DNA of 62,500 nt, counting the filler, from Choristocarpus tenellus KU-1152 (Eukaryota > Protista > Phaeophyceae): assembly GCA_964200185.2 (NCBI GenBank). It is 10 parts of 10 records of this genome, joined end to end, with 100 filler letters (N's around TTAATTAATTAA, not from the genome) between each part and the next. Parts side by side here need not be neighbours in the genome. Positions count along the whole stretch, not along the records: positions 26,321 to 29,118 come from CAXNAD020024659.1; positions 29,219 to 31,951 come from CAXNAD020025218.1; positions 32,052 to 38,502 come from CAXNAD020008115.1; positions 38,603 to 44,174 come from CAXNAD020010384.1; 6 more parts are not named here. The stretch is one strand, 5' to 3'. The notes beneath the pieces were generated by a model. It was not told where the DNA came from, ran no database searches, and was given only the letters and a program-made list of their open reading frames with translations. Below are positions 26,547-39,945 of the stretch, piece by piece (the first letter of the stretch is position 1; every line of letters begins with the position of its first letter). Made by a program: the position numbers and the translations under genes.

Positions 26547-27049
26547 TAGCCCCAGTGAATATGGTCGAGGTAGGGTGGGACAATAAACTCATCTTCGTAT
26601 TTAAAGTTTGCATGGCTGCTGCCACCAAATCTTTGTCATGCAAAGTCCCCTCAATCGCCTCATCGACAATCTTGGTGTAGACGAGTTGGCGATTCATGTA
26701 CGTCTGGATATCGAACGTCGCCACCGCACTGTATTCACATTTTTCCTCGTGATCTCCAGTCAACGCACTGAACCGGTTCAGGCATGAATTACGGGCAGGG
26801 CCTTCCCTCAGCCTCTGCTCCACCATCCCTTCCTGCTCTAGCGAGCCACCAGGGATGCCTCTGTCTACAGAAATAGACGCGGGACTCGGTTGAGGTTTGG
26901 GCGTTTATACTACCCCCCTCATTACCTCCTTCAGTTGTTGGCGTTGCATGGGTCGTTTTCTTCTTCCCCTTGCGAGTTGCAGACTTCTGTTTGGTTTTGC
27001 TGCTGGTATGTGATGTTGCAGCAGGTGTGAGGGTCGTAGTGTCCGACAT
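26547..27049 (-). CDS. Hypothetical protein, 5' exons (27049-26926, 26864 to about 26547)
   Basis: A 61-nt GT-AG intron joins ORF 27049 (basic KKK patch) in frame to ORF 26826. No family recognised. Confidence 0.45.
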
Positions 27050-27540
27050 AACGTGGCGTGAGTTCGCTCCCCTTGAACACTAGGCGTGAGTATCACTGTG
27101 AAAGTGTCAAAGGTGCCAAGTTCTCTGCTCAAGGGGACAATCACAATCACCGGAATGAAACTCCTTCACCTCAGAGGGTGGGACCGAGTTTCAAGGTCTT
27201 GGCTCTAATCTCATAACAGATCAGTAAATCCAGCACAGACCAAAAACCTTATAACATAACAAATGTTCCCGAATAACTGAGCAACGTCAAAGTAAAGAAA
27301 TTGATTTATCAGAATCGGAATGGTCCTTCGTTCTGATAGTCCATTTTAGGTGTTTGGTCAAATCCGAATCTTATGGGTGTGGTTGGTTTGTTGGACTGGT
27401 GGATATGGATGTGCTCAAATGATATGGTTGGCGCGCGCAATTGTATATGACCGCGCGTCTTATTCATATGTGTGTCGGAGATCCCAAAAAAGGAACCTGT
27501 CCCTTACATGTGTTAATATGATCGTACACTGTATCCACAG

Positions 27541-29118
27541 GTTGAATCAAATCTCCATCAACTACAAACACTTCCCAACCTATGTGTACTGAAGCTTCCA
27601 GTTGGCGTGGCAGCAGGACCCCTCCAATACCTTTCGTGTCTTCTGGGGGCCGTCATGACGTCTGGCATAGCAGATAAACGGGAAGATTTCCCATGCATGG
27701 ATGGGAAAGAAGTGGTGGACCTAACCCCAACCAGGTCACCACTTTTGAGCGTGAAGGGCAAGGGTGGGATATTCTTAGACCAGAAAACTGAACGCATTCC
27801 CGTCCCACTCTGGAAGGCTCGGGACCTTCTTCTGAAAGCCATAACGGATGGCACTCTTTGCCAGGATAGTTGGAGTGAAGCTGGCAAAGGCGAGACTAAA
27901 GTTCACATCAAGCGACTTGAGGTGTGTATATGTGTTATGGCAATACAGGTGCTTATTTTTGGCAATCCAGATAATGCATTTCCTCTCTGGGATATGTAAT
28001 ATGCAACGGTGACTCTTTGCAATTGGCACAGTCCCAGTCTGGATTGCTAAGAATAAGGTCAATTATGGGTCTAGTCCTGTTGATGGTGGCACGTTGATAA
28101 GCAACAGAAGAAGAGACGCCTAGTCATTGCAGCTACCGCCGATAGTCTGTAGGGAGACAGGATGTTGGATTTTGACATCCCTTGCGACTCCATGCTATGC
28201 TTACACCTGTACCCCCAAATAGGTAGCACAAGTGCTTGCCAGACGAAGGTCTGTCTCATCCGAGCTTGTGTTGCTCTGATTTCGATTGTGCTCCCCTTTG
28301 TGACTTCTTTCTCGAGTTAGGCTAGTGCTGGTCCCTGAGTTGCTGTAGAAGATCGAGAGCACCACAGTACTGTAGGTCTGTTTGCTCTGTGCAGAGAGCA
28401 GGTTGCTGGGAGACTAGAAACTCAGTACGGTGGTGGCAAATACCAACAGATTGAAGTGAAACACTAGACGAGCGCTACATGCGAACCCATAGTACTGCAC
28501 CCCCAGTCAACCTCATTCATAGCTTTGAAATCTAACTCCTCATGCCGTCTACACCTGCAATACTTGGAAGTGTTCCACTTGAATATGCCCCCTTCTCTCC
28601 CCACTCCACGTCCCGCATCATCCTTCCTGTCTCATTACTCCCACAACCCCAATTACTTCCACGCAACCGTGTACCCATACACTCAAGCACCACCTCGCCA
28701 CCCACTAGAGCTCCAACAGGCAGTCACACCTCAACCCATTGGTATAGTATTGTGTGTGTATATTTATATCTCCACACATCATGCATCCCTTCAAAGGTCA
28801 TGCATGCCACAAGACTCGTATTCATCCCACTTCGTTAATTCCCCCCTCCCTTGATGGACCGACAGGTGCTGGTGGACCCAGAGGAGCTAGACCATGGGCA
28901 GGCTGCGCCCCTGGCCTGGTTTTGTGCCCAGATGCAAGCCCGTCCCTTGCCAGGTGATGATCCAACCCTCCCCAGGGTGTTCCTCCGCACACCAGGGGAG
29001 GGGCTTGTTTGTGCTGGGCTTGGGGCCACACATGTCATCACTGGGCCTGGGGGTGTGGGCAGTAAGGCCTGGGATATGTCCTCGGCATCTGGAGCTGTGA
29101 GGTGGGTCGCTGCAGAGG
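27541..29118 (+). CDS. Probable isochorismate synthase (MenF or PHYLLO N-terminal region), partial; exons 27541-27921 and 28866 to contig end
   Basis: Spliced IKRLE-VLVDP...PLAWFCAQ...LPRVFLRTPGEGLVCAGLGATH resembles the ICS N-terminal pattern R(I/L)EV...L.WL.AQ..PR..F....AG.G. Confidence 0.55.
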
Positions 29119-29356
29119 NNNNNNNNNNNNNNNNNNNNNNNNNNNNNNNNNNNNNNNNNNNNTTAATTAATTAANNNNNNNNNNNNNNNNNNNNNNNNNN
29201 NNNNNNNNNNNNNNNNNNGTTGGAGAGTGGAGTGGGGGGGGGAGGGGGGATATCTTGTGGCACATCACTTGACAAAAAAACATGGGATGAAAAAATCATC
29301 GATTTTTATTTTTATGTTTTGAAAAAAAACACACACATACACACACACACACACAC

Positions 29357-29395
<39 letters not shown>

Positions 29396-29602
29396 CGGAG
29401 AGACAGACAGACACACATACTCTTTCTTCCTCCAGAATATTTTTACAGACTGATATGTTCTAATTATTATTATTTTTATTTAAATACCATTCATCCTCTA
29501 CATACGCTCTTGTAAACTGTATATATATCTATATCTATATGTATCTATATATAAATATAAATATAAATATACTTCTTCTTTTTTTTAATACCAGTCACAC
29601 AC

Positions 29603-29863
29603 CTTGCGCATGAACGATACAAAGTGCTCTGCCCTCCTAATATTTCCAGGCACTGCCTCCTGCAGAATATCCGCTGGAAGGGCCGGATTTGCCGGGAGAC
29701 TATCCGCTATCCCTCTCAAGCCTGTTGCCCCTGCCCCTGCCCCTGCCCCTGCCCCGACACCACCATCGAACTGTCCTGTAACCCCCGATCCCGCTAGTCC
29801 GCTGACTAGGCGTTGGTATTCATCATTCAGGCGTTGTTGATCAGAGCGCTTCATCTCCGATAC
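29603..29863 (-). CDS. ERCC2: Internal exon of TFIIH helicase XPD/Rad3 (Arch-domain region)
   Basis: RLNDEYQRLVSGL...ANPALPADILQEAVPGNIRRAEHFVSFMRK, a conserved XPD signature; AG/GT-bounded 261-nt exon. Confidence 0.92.
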
Positions 29864-30009
29864 CTACATGTTGTTGTAATTTGTAGTTGAGGTGTTGGTG
29901 GTACTGGGGTTAGGGCTAGGGTTGTGAGGAAACAATCTATACGTTCTTAGTATTAGGGTTGAATGATTTTTATTTTATTATTATTATTTATATATATATA
30001 TATATATTC

Positions 30010-30060
<51 letters not shown>

Positions 30061-30925
30061 ATTTGGTACTTTGATAATAGGTTTTTGTAGTTGGGGTTGG
30101 GACTTGTTTTTTTGTACGATGGTTCATGACACACCAGGTGCTTACTCGTGATTACAATTATTTTTATTATCACAATATTATTATTATTAATAAAATAATA
30201 ATAATGATGCTCTATCATCTTCAACATTTTGTTCGAGGAGTTCAAGGCCGGTAATCAAAGGCACAATAGCGAACAATAAAATAAAAATAAATGAAATAAA
30301 ATAAGAGGAAAAAGACAAATGAATGAGATAAAAGACAGGAATGCAAAATAATAATAATAAAGAAAAAAATAATAAAAGAGGGTTCTAACATTTATCGATA
30401 TTAATGTAGTGGTGAGCAAACTACTCAAGAATACAAGATAAAATATATATATTCAACGATATTTATTCAATTAATAAAACGGTTTCACATAGAACGTAAT
30501 CTTAGGGAAAATCATTTTATTATATTGAAAGAATGGCTCCACGGAAGATGCCATCTAATTGGTAACTTATAAAAGAATGGTTCCATTGGAAATATTGATG
30601 TTACTACTGGTTATCATTTTCATAATAAAAAAATTAAATGTTCAGTCAACCGGAACAGGGTTAGGGTTAGGGTTGGATGAAACAAGCCACGTACGTAAGG
30701 TTGGGCTTGGGCTTAGGGTTAGGTTTGAATAAAACAATACATACTTAGGGGGTTAAAGTTAGGATTGGATGAAACAATCTAAATACTTAGGGTTAGGGTT
30801 GTATGATGCAACACACCAACGTACACTACGCAGCAAAAGTGTTCGGAGGCAGTGTAGGCAGACACTCATGTCGTTTGGGAAGACACTACACTCAGTACCC
30901 ATCTATGTCACATGCACACAAACAA

Positions 30926-30956
<31 letters not shown>

Positions 30957-32128
30957 TAGACAGACAGACAGACACACACACAGAGACACAGACACAGACA
31001 CAGACACACAGACACAAACAAGAGACATGTACACTACAATAAATAACAACAAAAGTGATGTAACAGCCACGAAGTCTGCCAAAATCGAGCACAACACCAC
31101 ACACAGGATTTCATAAAATTTGCTAGGCGTGCTGGAACAGGTGCAACAGGAAAGGTGAAGCGTTTGCATGCATTCCAAGAACGCACACATGAACGCAAGC
31201 AGGTATCGATCCTGGAAGGCGTTTTCATCCAAATTTGTACAAAAAAATAATAATGTGACCCTCGAGAAGACAATCACAGGAAATAATAATAATAATACAT
31301 GAGTTATATACATACACGCACAAGCAACAGTGGATTTTTACCCTTCACACAATACAAAAAAAGTGTGCAATAAATGTAATGAATTATGAATACAGTCGCA
31401 AGTATTACAAGATTACTATTATTACAAAACACAACACATGCACATACAAATAAAACATATATGCACATACAAATAAAAACATATATGCACATACAAATAA
31501 AACATACATAATACGCACTCCAAGCATCTTCCCACGTACAAGGACAATACGCACTGACACCACCTACACAGAAAGTCCTCCTCGCTCCGCTCAACCAGTA
31601 CACTTCAAAACAGCCTACAACCGGCACAAAAAAATAAATAAATCAGGAAAAGGCGTTTCTTGCCGCTTCGCAGTGGCATATATAGCGTAGAATAATTATA
31701 TACATAAAATAATTATTTACATAAGAAGACTACAAACTTCATTGACATTATAGGGTATATAACTCGTAGTTCGTTCTTGCAACCTCCCCCTCCCCCTCCC
31801 CCTCCCCCCGAAACAAACTAACAAATACATGATATACCATATTTTTTGCAATCCATATATTTATATATATATATATATATGTATAAATATATACCCCCAA
31901 ACAAAAACACCACTACAAACACAACTAAACCAAATAAAACACAATCTACTTNNNNNNNNNNNNNNNNNNNNNNNNNNNNNNNNNNNNNNNNNNNNTTAAT
32001 TAATTAANNNNNNNNNNNNNNNNNNNNNNNNNNNNNNNNNNNNNNNNNNNNCCGGGCGACGTCACGAGCCGCCGAGAGTTGGAGGTGGGGGGGGGGGGGG
32101 GGGGGGTCACAATCAAAATGAAGCCATA

Positions 32129-32160
<32 letters not shown>

Positions 32161-33774
32161 TTATTAATTCTAGTGCGCACGAGGTACCAACGATCAACGC
32201 GCATCCGTTTGTATTACAAACACGGTCAGCGCCGCAAAAAAAGGGGGGGTCGGCGGAGGGGTGGGGGTGGGGGTGGGGGAGGGTGTCCGGCTCAAGTGAT
32301 GCCACAAATCAATAGCAATACTTCGGGGGGTGCATTAAAAAAAAAGAGATCATGATATAGAGGGGTAAAGCGAGCCTGTGGGTAGGAATTTAAAAACTAA
32401 AACTACCAAGGCGTGCAAGACATAGAACATGTTCTCGGTTCCCTATCTGTCGCCTCCATATGAAAAGTATGGGTGTTTTATCTACTCGTATGTTGCCTTC
32501 CCCTTCCTATCAAAAATGGAGGTGCTATTGTGCAACCCGGTGAGTGTGTTGTGAGATGTACCGCCCCCACAATACAACAGCATCTCGAAACTTAACACAG
32601 AAATGGAGGATGGGGTGCAGGGCCCCAGCATGGAGGGCAGTTTCCTCAACTTGTTACATAGGGAGGGAAATGGCTGATGTTTGCCTGCGAGGTAGCCCTG
32701 AATGGACATGGGGATTGAGATGCCTGGTCAGCGATTGTGTGACACATTTAGAGTGGCATGATAGCCCGCAGATTTAGCCAAGGTGCCCACCCAAATCTGT
32801 GGGCTATTGCACCTGGTACATCACAAAAACTTTGGGGAAAAATCGCTCCAGAAATAAGGGGTTTTCTCTGCCTGAGAGAAGGTAGGTTGTGAAGAGAAAG
32901 GTGTGGGTGCAAACAGAAGCGAATCTTCCTGAATTGGTGAGTGCGGGGAAACATCATGTAAATATTGCTTACTCAAAAATTGCTCAGGACACTCCTTTCA
33001 CAGTGCTCAATGGAATCGACCTATTAAGGCAAAGGGCAAATGTTTCCCTATGCCGTGTACGCACATAATTACTTCTCTGTGCCATTAAAACAGATACGAC
33101 ACTGGAGGCAAAAAACCCACGCCAACTCCTAAAAACTTTTTTATCACCTACGTCTACTCAACAATGATAACGGAGTGTTGGCGTACACAACTACAATGTT
33201 TTGGCCCATCTTGCTGATCTAAGCTAGATCCCACAAAAAAGGATTCCGGCCTGCCTTTACACTGTAACTTAGCACCCATAGTTCCATCCTGCAGCAGTCG
33301 ATAAATAATTATATGAATTCTGCTAAGGCACTCAGTTGCAGCGCTTGACCTGACCTACTTCTACCATGACACTTGAAATCATGTTGGTATCACAACCGGA
33401 TATCCCAAAAAATCCGTGCTGGACGCAGATGTACTGCACACATTAGAAATCAAATACACAGACACATGTAGTGCACATATACATGCACTTACTGCTCCGT
33501 TGACCTTTTGGTTGTCTGGTTAGTTTTCACTAAATGTAGTCTCATGTGAGACCAGGCAGGCACGGACCAGGCAATAGTAAGAGGTTGAAGGCACAGGATA
33601 TATGATAGGCAGGCCTACGAATGTCGCGAAAAGGGTGAGCATACAGACAAGAGACTTCAAAATGGAATAATTTCCAAATAAAGATATCCTTTCTGAAGTT
33701 GAACATGCCCGCTCCAGATGCTACGTGAAGCTTGAGAGGCATATTCACGCCTTCATATGCACACACACACGAAC

Positions 33775-34049
33775 CTGCCGTTCCTCCAAATGCAGGCATC
33801 TTTCGATCATCGAAAGGTCCAGGAATACCCTTAGGGATTACAGGGGGTGGGGCTTGAGTGGTGGGGTCATCAGCCCACTCACGTGACAGCTGGAGCGCTA
33901 GGACTGCATCGTGGTCTCTGCAGGATGTAAGAATGTCGAGGGTAGATTGGGGGGGGGGGGGGGGGGGGGGGGGCCAGGGCCCTTTGGGGGGGGAGGAATT
34001 CAAAGCCAGCAGCAACCATCTTGTGTGTTTTTGTTTNNNNNNNNNNGGG

Positions 34050-34110
<61 letters not shown>

Positions 34111-34885
34111 CGGTGGGGCCATGCACCTTTTAGAGGCGAGGAATTTCAAGTCCGCAGTACATATCTGGTTTTGATTAGCTTGGTGTATGGCTACAAGGGG
34201 TGTCTACATAGCGTGCAAACAAGGCATACAAAAATTTGGGGCAGTGCACTCACGTTGTCGGGGGTGGAGGACCCGGCGGTCGGGTACTGGAATCATCCGT
34301 GGACGACTTGTTGCCAGCATTTGTGAGGAGGTGTTCCACTGTTCGTTCCATGTGGCCTCCATTGGCCTGTAAACAACCACCCGCAAAGAACGTAAGGTAG
34401 GCGTACGAAGGTTCAGGGCTGTTCAATATGCCGTGGCCGTCAATCGCCTTTCGATCGATGGATTACATTACTTTAAATAGGCACGAGGGCATTCTCGAAG
34501 TGGTATGGAACAGCTAAGCTTCCTGAGTTAGGAACTTGTTTGATAGTGAAAATAAAGGTGGACAAGAGATGAGGTGATACCGAAGATTGAGTCTGCGTCT
34601 ACAGGACACCGTTGTAAGTCTTCGAAACAAAATTGCGCCATGTATAGTACCAACGAAAGCAGTGTTAGTCATCTTTAGCGACCAAATATGCGAGAGGGAG
34701 AAAATGATACCGTTATGTATGTCACGAAATTTCAAGCTGCGTAGATTCACAAGCGACAGGTTCATGATTCTTGGGTTGATATGGGCCGGCCTTACCTCCA
34801 GAACCGCAGCTAGCGCCGACTTATCATAGTTATGGAATATTTGATGGAGGTGCTCGACCGCCTGATCCATTGACATCTCCGCCAT
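33775..34885 (-). CDS. CUE (ubiquitin-binding) domain protein, partial; exons 34885-34796, 34366 to about 34254, about 33919-33775
   Basis: AVEHLHQIFHNYDKSALAAVLE-ANGGHMERTVEHLL fits the CUE pattern; later DAVLALQL motif. Exon 2/3 phase is uncertain. Confidence 0.7.
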
Positions 34886-35165
34886 GAGTCTGCTCTATAC
34901 TTGAGAAGCAGATTTTCCACTTGAAGCCACAGAGGGTCAGAACACTCCCTTCCAACTCCGGTGGTACACCACTTGCTAGGGTAACAACAATCCAAACACC
35001 GCCCCGGTATAAATGCAATGTTCTCGAGTCGGGTATGGGTGCAAGGTACCTATTACCCTGTCCTCGTAGACAGGTGGTGTTGAGGTTTCACTTCGATCAC
35101 TTCAGAAGGTCACACACATCAATAGGTCAAATCGAAATTTGGAAGGTTAGATATTCAATCTCCAA

Positions 35166-35203
35166 ACGATTTTTGACGATTTTTGACGATTTTTGACGAT
35201 TTT
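35166..35203. repeat. About 4 x 10-bp tandem ACGATTTTTG
   Basis: Visible directly, in the CUE/SKP1 intergenic region. Confidence 0.85.
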
Positions 35204-36063
35204 AAATTATATTTCACATAACATATATTTTGTTTTTATTCACACCAATGTGAACTAAACACAACAACACCACAAGTCGTCTCTCTTTCGAACACTGTAA
35301 TCCCAAAGGTCTACCTCACATCCCCCCATCTCTTTCAAGCCCTGTCTTCTGGACCCCGTGGTGAGTGATGAGATAGTGTGGTAGCGCTCCGTGTGAAAGT
35401 CTTATTTCTAAATGTATGGATGTCTCTATTTTGGGACATCCAGTTCTACATGGCGAACCTGCGGAAGGATGGGACTATTTTGTTGATGGGGAATCTCGAT
35501 CCTAGAGGCAGTATCTCGTGCGAGATGGTGGATAGAGTTGTTGAACGTGTCTTGGTATTTTTGGGGGCTTTGAGGGCTGTGATTATCGAAGCTCACTTTT
35601 TGTTTGAGTGGAAGGCGATCTATTGATGCCCTTGGCTCTCTGTTGTTTTTCTCAGTCCTGAATCGTGAGATTGAAGAGTCGGATGAAGGAAAGCTAACCC
35701 CTTACTGCCGTAAACTGTACAGTTGCAAGGAGTTGCTCGCATCCTTTTTGGCACACGGTGGCAGCTTGGTTTACCCATAAGCAGTTTCGCTTGATTCTTA
35801 CATTCGATTTTCTAAGTCCATTACTCAACGGCCTGGGTTCATACTCGAAGTTATTGAGCTGTTTAATTATGGGAATCTTTCCCTTGGTCTAAAATCTGAG
35901 TTGATGGTGCAAGCTTAACAGTCTTCCTTAATGATACCAGTTTACTCTGATGCGATCTTTCTCTCCCATTATTTGTAGTCGTCTTCCTGATTTTAATATG
36001 TTCTTAGCACTTAACCACAACTGGAATCTTGCGCGATTATATTTTCTGCGTTAGGAGAGAAGC

Positions 36064-37429
36064 ATGTCTGCTTTGGAGGAGAAATCTCAGGCGTCGGACA
36101 CAGCAGCTCCCGACGGGGAGGCCGAGGTGAGTTTTTTCCTGGTATGGCCTTGCCCTAAAACACACCCCTCACCGTTCCAGTGGAGTCTCTCCTGGATGTG
36201 CTTCCTTGGGTGACTAGTATTTCATGGCATGCGGGAATGATTTTGTTGGGTCCGAGACGGTCCGAGACTACTGTGGTGCAGCAAAGGTGGCATTTGTATT
36301 ATCGTATTACATTGAACTTCGTTTTACCATTTCCGAGTCTGTAGACTATTTCGTTGCATGCAAGCATTCCTGCACAGAAGTTTGGCTTTGCAGTTTCCTG
36401 AATGTTGATAAGGAATCAATATATTCTTGCGTTTAGAATACGCAAAATTGTAGAATGTTATTTTATATTGAAATATTCAGATAATTTTTGAACACATCGG
36501 ACTATTTCGATAGTGACTGTGCCAAGATATTATGTTGTTTTGAAGTTGATGCATTTCAAGTTGTAATTGAGTGATGCGTGGGAGAGGCAAGAGTTGGGCA
36601 AGGCATGGCGACATGGATATAAGTGGTGGTTAGGTCCTCTAGTTGCAAATTTGTTCTGCAGTTCCAGAGGTTCACAGAGTAATGAATTGCTCAGCAGACC
36701 TGTAGATATGTCACGAATTTAACCCCTTGTGGGTCTTGACAGGGTTCTTGAAGTCATGTAACTCAAACTGATTTGGGATCAACGAATGTGTATTGTTTAT
36801 CCCATTCCATTCCAAAGAAGACTTCCCCTTTCACAGTTTGAATTCTGGAAGCTGTGCAAGTCACTGTAGAATTTTTTTTCATCCTTTAAGACTGATAAGA
36901 GCATGAGTGTGTGGTTTAGGTCAACACCTTGAATATATTCGTTAAAGGTTTTGTGGGAAGATGTATTTATCTAGAACAATGGAGAGGGTAACTGCAATAC
37001 TTATTTTCTTTGTTTTTGCTAACTTTACAAGTCTGACTGCTTTTACTTCACAGCTACTCTGTTACTCATCAACTGTGACGTATTTCCAGAAAGTAGGTGA
37101 TGAATGTGGGTCAGGGAGACCTTCCTCATTCACCCCACCTCAAAAAATTAGTGCGATCTTGTCCACTGCATGATTTGACTTTTCAATTCAGACCTAGTAA
37201 CCATGCAAGTCTGTCACATTGAATTTGAGGGAAAAGATATCCCTATTGTTGACCCAACCTACCTACCCTCTTCCTCGTTAATAATGTTGCTTGTCCCCTT
37301 ATGACTGTTTTGTTTTATTTTTATATAAGGATGCTCGCTCCGTTCACCTTGTCTCCCAAGAGGGAGAGAGCTTTGACATCAAGGTCAGCGTGGCCAAGAT
37401 GTCGAACCTTGTGAACACAATGATTGATG
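36064..37429 (+). CDS. SKP1: SKP1 (SCF ubiquitin-ligase adaptor), first two exons (36064-36126, 37330-37429)
   Basis: MSALEEKSQASDTAAPDGEAE-DARSVHLVSQEGESFDIKVSVAKMSNLVNTMID matches the Skp1 POZ N-terminus; canonical splice sites. Confidence 0.88.
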
Positions 37430-38602
37430 GTGAGACAGTGTGCCAATGAATGCAGTGGCATGGTGTTGCATGCTGTGTTTGTGATTGGAAGGGTATGTAA
37501 GAGTTGTGCATGCAGAGAATAAGTGGGATAAAGTGTAATATATAAAGCTTTGACTTTCAGGTTGAGGAGTACATATTTGCAGTATTACCTGGGCTACACT
37601 TTGTGTGGGGTTTATCCTTTTTGGTCCTTGGCTCGTTTTTACTGCCTCTGAACTGTCTTTTTGAAAAGTGATATTATCCTTTTCTTATACTTCAAAAAAA
37701 TGGAATGGTTTTGAAAAGGGCATTGAATGGATCCAAGTAGGGCATATACAGTAACTTTCATTTCCTGGGCAGACTGGTGGTAGATTAGAGTCGCGGTTGC
37801 TACTCTGCCACCTTTGAGTCATAGGTGTGGAGTATTGAGCATGGGTTTCAATGTAGTGGACCAGATACAGTTAAACGTTTTTTAGTGTAGTTTTCTTCAG
37901 GTGGATTGTGGTGTTCAATCTGAAACATGACTTGCACTAATATGAATAGACCCTGATTGGTATGTGTACGCTAGATTCAGGAATTTTTCTTGCTGTTGTG
38001 AGCTGTGCCGGATAGATCGTGCTCCGTTTTGGATTAAATGCTGATTTTACATGAGGTGGTGGTGGTATGTAGAACTGTTCTCATGGTCTATAATTCTCAT
38101 GCTTGTGTTGTGTGTGGGAGAGTAACATCTGCCTGCAATGTGGTTAGGTCACATTGCTTTGGAGACCAAGGAATTGCTTTCAAGCTTTGGTGGGTAGACT
38201 TGTGGGTTAGTGTCCTCTGTACTGTGTACATGATTATACTTATATTACTGTTGCACGTTTTTTCCTGTGTCCTTGATGGTTTTATAGTCAAAACAGCCCT
38301 ATTATGCTACTAGTTGAAGGTCTTACCTAGCTCTTCCTGTCCAACAGCAATCATTATATGGTCATTGTCCTTTTTGCTTCATAGCTTTATGTATTTTTCT
38401 TTTTTTAGCTCTCAACAACCTGCCCCCCACCCCCACCCCCCGATGCTGGTGGGGACCAGAAGAGCGAAGGGAGGGGGCAGTGGGTCGGGGGAACCCTTCC
38501 CCNNNNNNNNNNNNNNNNNNNNNNNNNNNNNNNNNNNNNNNNNNNNTTAATTAATTAANNNNNNNNNNNNNNNNNNNNNNNNNNNNNNNNNNNNNNNNNN
38601 NN

Positions 38603-39350
38603 GTAGTGTTCGGGGCTGGCAGGGGTACGGCAGGTGGGGCATGGGATGGGATGTAGGGGTCTGGCGCGGAGGTATAGAGCCGAGGCACAGCCCAGATCCA
38701 GTGAGTGTGTGCAGGAGAAAGGGAGTACTGGCTGTTGTACCTTGGAGAAACAGATCACACAGTGTTCCGGTGTAAGCTGACGGGGTTGTTGGGATGGGCG
38801 TGGGTTGGGGTCCCTGGTGGGGGAGGCTGGCCTTCGAAGCCCCGTAATATCTCTTATCACCTCCTCTCCTGCCTCCTCCTCCTCGTAGTCGTGTAGGGCA
38901 AGCCCCGTAAATATCTCTTATCACCTCCTCTCCTGCCTCCTCCTCCTCGTTGCCGTGTAGGGGCGGTCCCTCTCCCTGCTACCATCGTCGTGTGCCTCTA
39001 CCACCTCTCTGACCCCATCCCCATGAGTACTCGTTCGATTTTCCGTCCGGGCTACGCCATCCTGCAGAGACGAAACATGTCTACCTATTCCCGAAGAGGA
39101 GTGGTATGCTCTGCTTATGTTCCTCCCTTGCCCGTGCCTGTCTTGTGAGCCACCATTCCCATCCTCTATCGCCTCCACCTTGTCCCCATGTGGGTCCATT
39201 CCGTTCACTGTCCATCCTTCTCCATTCTGCGAAATCGAGACCTGGGTATCTGTTCCTAGAGCTGGGTTAATCCCTCCACTTATATTCGTTCCTTGCCCCC
39301 TGCCTGTCGTCGCCTTCCTCCATCACCTCCACAACCTCATCCCCTCCAAA
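38603..39350 (-). pseudogene. Degenerate ORF with RING-type zinc finger, probably retroelement-derived
   Basis: CVIC...CTHSLDLGC...CPTCRTP (C3HC4-like, Asp at one ligand position); upstream purine-rich ORF with stops and a 62-bp internal duplication. Confidence 0.5.
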
Positions 39351-39543
39351 GTAATTTTCGTATTCCTACCGTCTGTACGTAAGAGACAAAGGAATGTTTC
39401 ATGATAGTTACTGCTCCAACTAATACCTTGGTCTCAGTATCGGGTTTGAAGAAGAGCATTTCAAGGATGGATGGATGGATGGATGGTGGGTGGTGTGGAA
39501 AAGGACGCTGAAAAGTAACGTTAGAGGGCATCTCGTAAAACAA

Positions 39544-39615
39544 GGCGCGTAGAGGGGTTCGAACCCTCGACCACCACAACCCAAATGTGGTATGCTTCCA
39601 CTGCACCATACGCGC
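39544..39615 (-). tRNA. tRNA-Pro(UGG), copy 1
   Basis: Cloverleaf: acceptor GCGCGTA/TACGCGC, D stem GTGC/GCAT, anticodon stem CCACA/TGTGG with loop TT-TGG-GT, T arm GAGGG-TTCGAAC-CCCTC, discriminator C, followed by TTGTTTT. Confidence 0.85.
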
Positions 39616-39945
39616 TACAGCAACTTGTTGCAAAGGTGCAAATTCTTGTTTCCAAATAGATGGACATATTGTGTTCGTATTCCTACCATCTGTACGTAAG
39701 AGAGAAAGGAATGTTTCATTATAGTTACTGCTCCAACTAATACCTTGGTCTCAGTATTTGGGTGGAGCCACAAATCTAGTCTTTTCCCACCACGATTCAG
39801 ACTTTGCTTGAACGAAAATATGACCTCGATCGGGTTTGAATATGAGCATTTCAAGGATGGATGGATGGATGGATGGATGAATGGTGGGTGGTGTGGTAAA
39901 GGACGCTGAAACATACCGTTAGAAGACTCCGATGCCCATAAAAAA

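Noticed and set aside
30769-31627. THTH/CVCV-repeat ORFs
   Set aside because: Microsatellite translations in intronic DNA; no further XPD exon could be identified.
33950-34126. Poly-Pro/poly-Gly ORFs
   Set aside because: Arise from G homopolymers and an N gap in an intron, probably partly sequencing artefact.
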